Origin: Candidatus Lloydbacteria bacterium
Lineage (GTDB): Bacteria > Patescibacteriota > Minisyncoccia > Phycocordibacterales > UBA6899
DNA length: 64,000 bases
Assembly: GCA_043719805.1 (NCBI GenBank)
Contig: JAYSTI010000001.1
Span: 151,770 to 215,769 of the forward strand
Direction: 5' to 3'
Position 1 is the first letter of the stretch. Each line of letters begins with the position of its first letter. Of the stretch, positions 1 to 8,292 are shown piece after piece. Below the pieces are notes generated by a model. It was not told where the DNA came from. It made no database searches and saw nothing but the letters and a program-made list of their open reading frames with translations. Made by a program: the position numbers and the translations under genes.

Positions 1-353
1 ATATCGTGCGACCAAAACAAATCGAGGTCTTTGATGGATTCAATGTGAAAGATAAGACGGCTCGCTCCGAGCGGAAGCCACTCATCAATGTGCTTCTCCG
101 GCTCGCCTATCATAAGGTCTATTTCGTAGTCGAGGTCTTCCCAAAACGGCAATCCTTCGTCCTGTGCCATGAGCGCGACAAAATGCGGCTCCTTTCTCGT
201 GCCCCCTTCCGAGTACGGCCAACTCTTTGATTTTACAAATGCACCATCCATCACGTCTATCTGCGCAAGTGGCACAAGAGAGCGCACGCGTGAAGCCTTT
301 GCAAGAAGGTCCTCGTAGGCATCGGGCATTATTGCCGGGATTATTTCTATCAT
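1..353 (-). CDS. rpe: Ribulose-phosphate 3-epimerase (N-terminal part; runs off the left edge)
   Basis: Not in the ORF track. Manual translation gives MIEIIPAIMP...AQIDVMDGAFV...EIDLMIGEPE...GASRLIFHIES, with the DVMDGxFV and FHxE motifs. It lies near rpiB and gap. Confidence 0.9.
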   Translation of the reverse strand, partial: MIEIIPAIMPDAYEDLLAKASRVRSLVPLAQIDVMDGAFVKSKSWPYSEGGTRKEPHFVALMAQDEGLPFWEDLDYEIDLMIGEPEKHIDEWLPLGASRLIFHIESIKDLDLFWSHD

Positions 354-374
354 TCGAAGACTATACCACACCAA

Positions 375-403
375 TTGACTTATGTAACTGGTATCGCTAA
401 CAT
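375..403 (+). promoter_or_regulatory. sigma70-type promoter for the small ORF at 432
   Basis: TTGACT-17 nt-TAACAT, then AGGAG before the ATG at 432. Confidence 0.55.
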
Positions 404-431
404 GTCTAAAGTTACACACAGGAGAAATTCC

Positions 432-608
432 ATGTTCCTCGGACCTATTCTCATTCTCATCTTTGTCGGTGGACTCATCGCCTGGCTCTCAATCAAACTG
501 CGTCAAAAGCACAGGGCGCTGAAGCTTATCCGTGAATTTGCCGAGCAAGAAAAACCCGGAGGTGCAGTAGACAGCATTCGAAACGTGCTCACTTCCCACG
601 GATATTGA
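432..608 (+). CDS. Small single-TM membrane protein (58 aa)
   Basis: SD AGGAG, hydrophobic N-terminus MFLGPILILIFVGGLIAWLSI, basic stretch; followed by the hairpin ACCGC-CATAGA-GCGGT and Ts. Confidence 0.65.
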   Translation: MFLGPILILIFVGGLIAWLSIKLRQKHRALKLIREFAEQEKPGGAVDSIRNVLTSHGY

Positions 609-759
609 TCCCACTTCACCCAACCGCCATAGAGCGGTCTTTTGTTTAAAAAAACTCTTTTAAACGAAAGTATTCCATTTTTAAAAAACCGCTCAGAATT
701 TTCCTCCCCAGCGAGGAGAATATCTACTTTGTGAGGACTCAACGGGCCGTATTTCCTTA

Positions 760-864
760 CGAGCGAGATATTGCTTTTTTGGGGGGCTACGGACCGCGGC
801 GGCGGGAGTCTGAGGAAAAAGTCAGCAGACTTTTATCCGTGCCCTCAAAAAGCAATGTCGTGCG
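760..864. repeat. Dispersed hairpin element, family A, copy 1
   Basis: Imperfect inverted repeat (ATTGCTTTTTTGGGGGGCTACGGA...TCCGTGCCCTCAAAAAGCAAT); 32-nt core identical to 1972-2003. Confidence 0.85.
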
Positions 865-868
865 ACCT

Positions 869-1330
869 CTACCGGTAGGGCCAGATCTTCTCAATCTTCC
901 TCAACCGCCGCACGTGTCGCTCATCTTCGGTAAACGGTGTCTCAAGCCAAACTTTTACTGCCGCCTTTGCTTCTTCGAGCGTGAGACGTCGTGCCGCGAG
1001 AGAAAGTACGTTTGAATTGTTGTGCTCGCGACTTAGTTTCAAAATGTCGAGGTCACCACCATAGAAAACTACACACCTCACGTTCGGAAAACGATTCGCG
1101 ACTATCGCCTCGCCCTGCCCCGAGCCACCAAGCACAATACCCTTCGACCCATTCGGGTCATGTGACACTTCTTGTGCGGCAAGCTGAATGAAATCAGGAT
1201 AATCATCCGACACGTCATTCTGATGTGCACCCATGTCGGCCACGGTATACCCGAGATCCTTCTCAACGTAAGAAGCAATAGCCTCTTTCATCTCATACCC
1301 CGCATGATCCGTCGCAATGTAGATTTTCAT
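869..1330 (-). CDS. rpiB: Ribose-5-phosphate isomerase B
   Basis: DHAG, DYPD, GSGQGEAIVANR, REHNNSNVL and RHxRR motifs. Confidence 0.95.
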   Translation of the reverse strand: MKIYIATDHAGYEMKEAIASYVEKDLGYTVADMGAHQNDVSDDYPDFIQLAAQEVSHDPNGSKGIVLGGSGQGEAIVANRFPNVRCVVFYGGDLDILKLSREHNNSNVLSLAARRLTLEEAKAAVKVWLETPFTEDERHVRRLRKIEKIWPYR

Positions 1331-1386
1331 ATGTTCATTGTACTAGTGGGTCCTGTTTTTGTAAAAAATTCAAATGCTAATACGAT

Positions 1387-1860
1387 TTACTGAGGAAACT
1401 TTCCGCGCACCTTCATCCAAAGCTTACCGAGCATATTCTGCCCTGTTCCATCCACACCAGCTCCCCAATAATCATCAATCGGAGAATTTTCTATCAACTT
1501 TTTCCCGCCTGACGCCTTGAGCATTCTTTGCACCTTCTCGTGCTGATTTGCCTTCGCGGTGAGTATTTCTTCCATGATTTGTAGCTTGTTCTCGTGCCAC
1601 ACTGCAGGAACTTTTGACTTATGCAAATCAGAAATTTTTTTTACCGCACTCGGACTGGAGGCGTGCAAAATTTCTTCTGCTATCTCCGGTTGAACCACAA
1701 AAAACTTATTCCATTGATATGCATGTTCCGCGGTCGGAAATTTAGTCCCCCAGATTTCCACCACATATGCAGAAAAATTATCCAATACATAAAATACCGG
1801 GGTATAAAAATATATCTCGTTATCTGTCTCGCTATTTCGTTCGTTATTATTTATTTCCAT
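1387..1860 (-). CDS. NADAR (YbiA-like) family N-glycosidase
   Basis: NFS, FPTAEHAYQ, ENSPxDxYWG and GQNMLGKLWM motifs. Confidence 0.9.
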   Translation of the reverse strand: MEINNNERNSETDNEIYFYTPVFYVLDNFSAYVVEIWGTKFPTAEHAYQWNKFFVVQPEIAEEILHASSPSAVKKISDLHKSKVPAVWHENKLQIMEEILTAKANQHEKVQRMLKASGGKKLIENSPIDDYWGAGVDGTGQNMLGKLWMKVRGKFPQ

Positions 1861-1949
1861 TCTTTTCGAAAACCATAGGATTCTTAATTTGAAATTTTGA
1901 TGCTGTGCAATGAGAATTCGTGTTAATTAGGATATAATTCAAAATTTTT

Positions 1950-2053
1950 CGAGCGAGGTATTCCTTTTTGAGGGGCTACGGACCGCGGCGGCGGGAGTCT
2001 GAGAAAAAAGTTAGCCGACTTTCATCCGCGCCCTCCAAAGGCAATGCCGAGCG
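1950..2053. repeat. Dispersed hairpin element, family A, copy 2
   Basis: Aligns with 760-864; lies immediately 3' of the gap stop. Confidence 0.85.
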
Positions 2054-2057
2054 GCGC

Positions 2058-3107
2058 TTACACGAATTTCGCCACCTCCAACACATGAAGCATGAGTGTG
2101 TTCGTATACCCCATCTCATTGTCGTACCAACTCATCACCTTCACCAAGTTTCCATCAACAACGCGCGTGAGCTCAAGGTCGGCAATTGCACCGTGCAAAT
2201 TGCCGATGATATCAGACGACACCAGTGGCTCCTCGGTCACGGTGAATATACCCGCCCATCGTGGATCCTTCGCAGCGTCACGGAGAATTTGGTTTACTTC
2301 TTCCGTCGTCGTATTGCGCTTCGATATAAACGTGATATCGGCGATAGAACCGGCGATAACGGGGACGCGCATTGAGATTCCGTCGAACTTACCCTTGATA
2401 TCGCAGATAACTTCACCGACGGCAACTGCGGCTCCTGTTGAAGCAGGAATCATGTTCTGTGATGCGGCGCGACCACCACGCTGGTCTTTTCCTCCGGGAC
2501 TGTCGACGACGCGCTGTGTGCCAGTCATGGCATGAGTGGTATTCAAAAGCGCCTTCTCGATGCCTATCGCTTCATTTAATATTTGAATAATCGGACCTGA
2601 CGCATTCGTCGTGCACGATGCATTCGAAGATATCTGGCAGGTTGCAAGCTTTTCATGATTGATGCCCATAAGTACCATTGCGCACTCAACCCCGTCTGTC
2701 GTCGTCCCTTTTGCGGGACCGGTGATGACCACGCGCTTTGCACCAGAAGTGAGATGCACCTGTGCCTTTCCGTAATCAGTAAAGAAACCAGTCGATTCAA
2801 TGACGATATCAATATCATATTTCCCCCATGGAAGCTTGGTCGCATCTTTCTCTTGAACCAACACGACCTTGTGTCCACCGTCGGTAAATCCCGCTGGAGA
2901 TTCTCCCGATGCAGCCGAAACGGATACAGCAAAATCTGCCACCCCGTAAGCAGTGTCATACTTTAGTAAGTAGGCCATGTTCTCAGGATCACCAAGGTCA
3001 TTCACGGCAACAATCTCGAATTCCGGCCTCGAGCGCGCAAGCTTATAAAATGCGCGACCGATGCGTCCAAAACCATTGATTGCTATCCGTACTTTTTTGT
3101 CTGACAT
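2058..3107 (-). CDS. gap: Glyceraldehyde-3-phosphate dehydrogenase, type I
   Basis: INGFGRIGR, SNASCTTN and WYDNEMGY motifs. Confidence 0.97.
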   Translation of the reverse strand: MSDKKVRIAINGFGRIGRAFYKLARSRPEFEIVAVNDLGDPENMAYLLKYDTAYGVADFAVSVSAASGESPAGFTDGGHKVVLVQEKDATKLPWGKYDIDIVIESTGFFTDYGKAQVHLTSGAKRVVITGPAKGTTTDGVECAMVLMGINHEKLATCQISSNASCTTNASGPIIQILNEAIGIEKALLNTTHAMTGTQRVVDSPGGKDQRGGRAASQNMIPASTGAAVAVGEVICDIKGKFDGISMRVPVIAGSIADITFISKRNTTTEEVNQILRDAAKDPRWAGIFTVTEEPLVSSDIIGNLHGAIADLELTRVVDGNLVKVMSWYDNEMGYTNTLMLHVLEVAKFV

Positions 3108-3213
3108 GACGAGCGTGAATTAACTTGTATATTAAAGGTCGTTATTCATTATATTTCCCTTTTCACTTTTTGTCGCGGGGTCGCTCGCTATAGGCCATAA
3201 GTAACTGTTACCA

Positions 3214-3390
3214 CACTCTCCCTGGATGGGCAGAGTCGTCACAGTGAAAGTGGATGGTGGAGCGAAATTCCTCGGAATTGACCCCGCTTCGGTGTCGCTG
3301 GTGTCAGGAGACTGGTACTTCCCGCTCCGTCCGGCCGCGAACAGTGACCACTTTCACGCACCACATCCTCCGCTCGCCAGTGCGTAGTGC
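3214..3390 (+). ncRNA. Candidate structured non-coding RNA of unknown class (long rod ending in a four-way junction)
   Basis: Nested helices 3222-3235/3368-3380, 3244-3253/3348-3357 and 3259-3264/3323-3328; three internal hairpins with CUCG, UUCG and GAGA loops; terminator directly downstream. Confidence 0.6.
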
Positions 3391-3392
3391 AG

Positions 3393-3426
3393 AAAGCGCC
3401 CGACTCAGTCGGGCGCGCTTTTTTTA
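3393..3426 (+). terminator. Intrinsic terminator (possibly bidirectional)
   Basis: GCGCCCGACT-C-AGTCGGGCGC followed by a T run. Confidence 0.8.
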
Positions 3427-3436
3427 TTTGTGAACA

Positions 3437-6400
3437 CTAAATCAGGAAGTCCTCTGACACGACACCCTTCGTGAGCGCAAGATCCTTCGTACGCAACACT
3501 TCGTGATAGGTGCCATCGGGAAGTTTTTCTTCAATGGTGATGAAGTAGGTGCCGGGTGGAATCAAGAAGTAAAATTTTCCTGTTTCGTCGGTGACGGTTT
3601 TCTTTACCACTGTGTTTAATCCCGGCAACCATACTTTAATGAGCGCGAACGGAATTGGTTTCTTTGTGATTCTATTTAAAACGCGCGTAACTTTGTGTGT
3701 CGCTCTCCAGAATATTTGGAAGCCGATGATGCCGACATAGACAACCACAACAAACACATTCAACGCCGATGGCGACAGGAAGAGTGTCAACGATGAAAAT
3801 ACGAAACCAATATAGAAAATGATGTTGAATATCCACATGCGAATATTCGCACGCTTCGAATAGACTTGGAATACTTGGTCTTGGTTTTTCGCAAATTCAT
3901 TCCAGTCAAACTCGACGGGGTCCAGGGGAATATTGTAGGTAACAGCACCACCCTCCCGCACTTGGAACGGATCACCGAAATACAGATTCTCGTAGAATTC
4001 GTCTCGTGCACGACCCTTCAGTTTGTCCGACGGGAATTTGTAATGCGTTTTATTGGCAACAATGACGTATTCTCCGGGATTCAAAAGAAATCCGTAGCGG
4101 CCGTCGAGATCTGTGATTGCCTCGCCTTTGGATTTCTGCGTATCGCGTACTTGCGCAATTACATATGCCGGGTCGAGCGGGCGCTTCGTCACCGAGTCGT
4201 AGACCACACCCCACGGCTCGTGTCGTTTGCGACGGAATATTCCCGTGATGAGTCCAATTAACTTAAGTATCAATAGATAGATGTCATAGACAGACCCCAC
4301 ATTCGTTGCAAGCAAGACTGCCTGCCCGGCACCGATGGCAACTCCGATGGGGGCGGCGATGGGGGCGATATTTTGCACCGGTACCTGAATGTCTTCAATC
4401 GCCTGATTTACCGCTTGCGCGATTGCGGGAGGAATAATCGAGGGTAATTTTATAGGAAGATACACATCGAAAATTCCGAGAAGCCGCGCAATGCCCTTAT
4501 TCTCGTGATCAACAATGCTGATTGTGAACGGATACCTACCGTCCTCTGTGAATATTGGAATGACACCTTCGTAAACAGTTTTTGACTTGTTTACGTTGAG
4601 GAGGTACGAGAGTTCCTTGTTGCGCTGATTTGGGTCAGTAATGGTGATTGCAATCGTTTTTAGTACATCAGGAAGTTTATTGTAGTTGATAGAAACACGA
4701 ACATTTTTTTCCCCGTTTGTCCGCACTATGCCGTTGCGCTGCGGAAGCACTACTTCAGTTGCACCTACCTGTGTAAAAATAAAATCGTTGAGTGTAATGG
4801 CTAAAATCGCCGCACTCGGCGTCCCGGTTGCGGGGAAATTAATGAATGGCCCGCTTGTCGTGCTCGTGATTGGCGGGAAGATAGGTGTCGGCGGAGTCGT
4901 CGAACCGGTGCCGCCCGGTGGTGGTGGGGGCGTGGTGCACACTCCCCCCGTGTCTATTCCCGTCTCATCTTGATTCATTATGCCGTCATAACACGTCGCG
5001 GAAGGCGGAGGGGGTGGAGCGGCACACACTCCTCCGGTGTCTATGCCTGTCTCGTTTTGATTCATGATGCCGTCAAAACAGGTCTCCGGAGGGGGCGGTG
5101 GAATAATGCCTGTATCCGTCGTCGCCGAAACGATTGAGCCGGATGAATAATTAAGTGCAGCATCGCGCGCAAATGCAGTGTAATAATAGAGCGTTCCAGT
5201 TGCACGACCAGTATCAATGACCGACTGCGCACTTCCTTCATAGACCAACACGCCATCAGTAGGATTTGCCGGGTATCCGGTCACGCGGCGCAAAATGCGC
5301 ACCGCCTGAAAGTCCACGTCCGGAGGATTGACCCACGAAAGCGAAATGGTAGTAAGAGACGGCGTCGCGGAAAATGCGCTCGGATTTGCGGGCGGGGTCG
5401 TATCAGGAGGTGGTGGCGGATTTTGTGTCGTGAATGAACCGGTATACGCAATGCTTATATTGTTTGAAATGTCTTTAGCGGTGATACGAAAATAATACAA
5501 CGTATTTGTGGCGAGACTACCGACGCCGATGGAATGCGCGAGGCCATACACAATCTCACTTGCAGACCCGCCGGCGTACGCCGTCGTTGTTCCCCACTCC
5601 ATGGTACCGATTGCACTTTTATTCGTCGTGAAAACAACTGTTCCTGTGGTGTATGTCGAAGTGGCGGACACTGCCGATATGACTGGCGGAGTATTGTCGA
5701 ATATCGTAAACGACCATGTCCCCGATCCGGAAATTCCCGCAAACAGATTACCCGCAATATCGGCAATTGCCGTCGCGGTAATCTCCACATAATATTGTGT
5801 CGCAGATAAAAGTGGCGCGGAAAGCGTGATCGTGGCCAACGAACCGGAAACAACTACTTGCCCGCTATTCGAGGGGATGGTCTCCACGATGCTCGCATCA
5901 CTCTGCTTTTTTACATAGATGGTCCCCGCCATCGCAGCGACATTTTCGGAAAATGTTATCCGTAGCGTCGTGGTCGCCGCAACTCCGGACGCACCGTTCA
6001 AGGGATTGAGGCTGCCTATGGTCGGTGGTGTCGTATCAGGTGGAGGGGGTGGAGGGCCACCGCCGTTGGTTGTCGCACTCGCCGGTCCCGATTGTCCGGA
6101 ATAATTATTTGACGCATCAAATGCCTCCACGGTGTAGCTGTAGAGTGTCGACGCAGTGAGTCCGGTATCCGAATATGTAACGAGCGTGGTCGTCGCAATG
6201 GCAACTCCACCGCGACGCACCACATATCCGGCAACAGCGACATTGTCGGTCGACGCTGTCCATGCGAGATTAATCTGCGAACTAGAAATAGGCGTCGCAC
6301 CAAGTCCGGCCGGAATACTTGGCGGAGTCGCATCGGAAGTCACGACAACCCCGATAGTAAATTGATTTCCCGCAGCTAGCGCAACGGGTAACAACTGCCC

Positions 6401-6472
6401 AGCAAAGAAAGACAATATCAAAAAGAAACTCATCACCGAAAATATTTTTTTGTTATTCTTTTCTGCGGACAT
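3437..6472 (-). CDS. Large membrane-anchored surface protein: FN3 and Ig-like (Big_5/SbsA-like) domains, two Cys repeats, C-terminal TM helices with carboxypeptidase-regulatory-like domains
   Basis: Signal peptide; FN3 motifs (LAWTASTDNVAV..Y, YSYTVEAFD); ITFSE; poly-Pro linkers; 2x TC(F/Y)DGIMNQxETGIDTGGVC; WGVVYDSVTKRPLDPA and TDxxGRYGFL. Confidence 0.8.
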   Translation of the reverse strand: MSAEKNNKKIFSVMSFFLILSFFAGQLLPVALAAGNQFTIGVVVTSDATPPSIPAGLGATPISSSQINLAWTASTDNVAVAGYVVRRGGVAIATTTLVTYSDTGLTASTLYSYTVEAFDASNNYSGQSGPASATTNGGGPPPPPPDTTPPTIGSLNPLNGASGVAATTTLRITFSENVAAMAGTIYVKKQSDASIVETIPSNSGQVVVSGSLATITLSAPLLSATQYYVEITATAIADIAGNLFAGISGSGTWSFTIFDNTPPVISAVSATSTYTTGTVVFTTNKSAIGTMEWGTTTAYAGGSASEIVYGLAHSIGVGSLATNTLYYFRITAKDISNNISIAYTGSFTTQNPPPPPDTTPPANPSAFSATPSLTTISLSWVNPPDVDFQAVRILRRVTGYPANPTDGVLVYEGSAQSVIDTGRATGTLYYYTAFARDAALNYSSGSIVSATTDTGIIPPPPPETCFDGIMNQNETGIDTGGVCAAPPPPPSATCYDGIMNQDETGIDTGGVCTTPPPPPGGTGSTTPPTPIFPPITSTTSGPFINFPATGTPSAAILAITLNDFIFTQVGATEVVLPQRNGIVRTNGEKNVRVSINYNKLPDVLKTIAITITDPNQRNKELSYLLNVNKSKTVYEGVIPIFTEDGRYPFTISIVDHENKGIARLLGIFDVYLPIKLPSIIPPAIAQAVNQAIEDIQVPVQNIAPIAAPIGVAIGAGQAVLLATNVGSVYDIYLLILKLIGLITGIFRRKRHEPWGVVYDSVTKRPLDPAYVIAQVRDTQKSKGEAITDLDGRYGFLLNPGEYVIVANKTHYKFPSDKLKGRARDEFYENLYFGDPFQVREGGAVTYNIPLDPVEFDWNEFAKNQDQVFQVYSKRANIRMWIFNIIFYIGFVFSSLTLFLSPSALNVFVVVVYVGIIGFQIFWRATHKVTRVLNRITKKPIPFALIKVWLPGLNTVVKKTVTDETGKFYFLIPPGTYFITIEEKLPDGTYHEVLRTKDLALTKGVVSEDFLI

Positions 6473-6503
6473 TGTTGAAAAACTAGCAAGAACGCACGAC
6501 GAA

Positions 6504-7274
6504 CTAATTAGGAAGCACGGTCAGTGTCGCAGTAGCGGTATAGCTCCCCGCCACCTGTACATTTAAGGCGCCGGACCCCGCACGAAAGCGAATTGTTATT
6601 GCGGTACCACTCGGACTATTCGGTGTGGTGCGCGACACAATAGTTTCGACGGACGCAAGCAATGGACCCCAACACGCACTCGCCGTATTACTACTGCCGA
6701 CATTACACAATGCCACACCATTGTCATTGTATTTTTGCACAATATCAGTCCCCTCCGGCGAAAAACCAAAACGGCTCGCTGCGGCGGGCGTTGTGAAGGT
6801 GAAATCGGGGTCTGCTCCGGCGGGTACATAGTTGGCAAAATTGTTTGCACCCGAAGCAAGTGCCGGGGTTCCTGATGCGCGAATATTCATGCTGTATCCC
6901 GCTGCATTATCGGTCGTCACTGTCCACACTGAAAATCCATTCGCGATTCCTCCACCCGTCGCCGGAACATTAGGTGCAAGCGTGATATTTCCCGGTGCAG
7001 TGATGGCCAGATAGACCTGCTGCATCTGCTGATATCCCGCTTTGATGTTGAAGCTTGCGGATGATGAAGTGCCAACCCCTTCTTCGCCAACTGTGTCCTC
7101 GGCGCGGTATGAAGTCGACGTAGAGAGCACGCCGCCCACGTTCACGCTGTCCGTCTGAATGCGATAGCTCGTACTTGAAGAAATATATGCGTAGGCCGCC
7201 GGTGCAAAAACTATCATCACGGCAAGCGCAAGAAATGAGAACGAACATGTGCGGGAAAAAGTGTTCATGGTCAT
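6504..7274 (-). CDS. Secreted beta-rich protein, WxL-like
   Basis: Signal peptide; ends GSYTATATLTVLP, resembling the WxL terminal strand; translationally coupled to the upstream gene. Confidence 0.55.
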   Translation of the reverse strand: MTMNTFSRTCSFSFLALAVMIVFAPAAYAYISSSTSYRIQTDSVNVGGVLSTSTSYRAEDTVGEEGVGTSSSASFNIKAGYQQMQQVYLAITAPGNITLAPNVPATGGGIANGFSVWTVTTDNAAGYSMNIRASGTPALASGANNFANYVPAGADPDFTFTTPAAASRFGFSPEGTDIVQKYNDNGVALCNVGSSNTASACWGPLLASVETIVSRTTPNSPSGTAITIRFRAGSGALNVQVAGSYTATATLTVLPN

Positions 7275-8242
7275 GAAACTCGATGCTTAGACAACTGAAG
7301 TGAGCGACGAACGAGCCACACCAAGCCGACAAATACAATTGCAATCAATATCATTCCCTCAGTTCCCGGAACAATCCAAAATCCCACTTGATTTTCATCA
7401 ACGATGTCCTGATAACCACGATTGAGCTCGAGATGTGCGGTGTAATAACCGATAGAAAGTGACTCGCGTACATCGACCTCGCTCATGAGCGTCGCACCCG
7501 GAAGTACTGCGTAGGGTGGGATGATGATGACTTTTGATTTACCGATGAGCGGAGAGAGCGTCATGCGTCCGTACGGATTCACGTGAACAGCGCCGGTGTT
7601 TTCATATGCAACCTGAAATCGCAGTGGGGCATCTGCCGATGGTGCGCCTGACGTTTTTACATTATTGAAAAGTCCGAATGCGACAAGATGCCCCTCTTCT
7701 TTTGCGCTCCCAAGTATGCGCACGTAAAAAAGCGTCGCGAGCCTGCTCTCTATTGCGACGTTCGCATTTTGCTCCTTGCCCTCCGTCAATATCGGCTTGA
7801 AAGTAAGGACAACAGAGCCGAACCTCCCCCCGGCTTCCGCGTCCTGTGGGATTCGCACCGTAATCGGAATCTGTGCTTCTTGCCCGGAGAGAATATCAAC
7901 GGACTTCTTGCTTGTATGAAAAAGATCCTTAATTGGATACGCTCCGCCATTCGTGCCGAGTAGTGTGACGGGCTGGTCATTGGGAGAGGTCTGCACACTC
8001 GGTGCGACGTCTTCATAAGACACAGTCACCGAAAGCGGGAGCGCTGTCCCATTGGAAAGCGTAAGCATCGTCGTCTGTTCCGCCCCGGGTAAAATTGAAA
8101 GCTCAATCTTAGCCGGACGAACAACAAAAGCACCGGTCGGTAGTTGTGTCTCCGCTGACGAGATGACGGGCAAGGAGAGGAGTGCAAAAAAAAGCACAAC
8201 CATAGCCAACAATCGCCCCACAAGAGTGGTGTGTTTCTTCAT
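7271..8242 (-). CDS. DUF916/WxL-interacting-protein-like surface protein with C-terminal TM
   Basis: Signal peptide; two Ig-like domains (PAKIELSILPG...SN; IPQDAEAGGRFGSV; ENTGAVHVNPYG; YYTAHL); C-terminal TM plus basic tail. Start reassigned to MKKH, 6 nt after TATAAT. Confidence 0.7.
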   Translation of the reverse strand: MKKHTTLVGRLLAMVVLFFALLSLPVISSAETQLPTGAFVVRPAKIELSILPGAEQTTMLTLSNGTALPLSVTVSYEDVAPSVQTSPNDQPVTLLGTNGGAYPIKDLFHTSKKSVDILSGQEAQIPITVRIPQDAEAGGRFGSVVLTFKPILTEGKEQNANVAIESRLATLFYVRILGSAKEEGHLVAFGLFNNVKTSGAPSADAPLRFQVAYENTGAVHVNPYGRMTLSPLIGKSKVIIIPPYAVLPGATLMSEVDVRESLSIGYYTAHLELNRGYQDIVDENQVGFWIVPGTEGMILIAIVFVGLVWLVRRSLQLSKHRVS

Positions 8243-8292
8243 TGCTCTATTATATGAATAAATGGGGCGACTTGCTATCCCCATCTCATTCA

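Noticed and set aside
731-2375. Plus-strand ORFs 731-1015 and 1968-2375 sharing GYGPRRRESE
   Set aside because: The shared peptide is just the translated family-A DNA repeat, and both ORFs are antisense to rpiB or gap.
3310-3360. Cobalamin-riboswitch-like fragment (CACTG...GGGAAG) on the minus strand upstream of gap
   Set aside because: The other conserved elements are missing, and the stable tetraloops are on the plus strand.
3226-3387. 53-aa ORF within the structured RNA candidate
   Set aside because: No SD and no recognisable motif; the extensive pairing and tetraloops are better explained as RNA structure.
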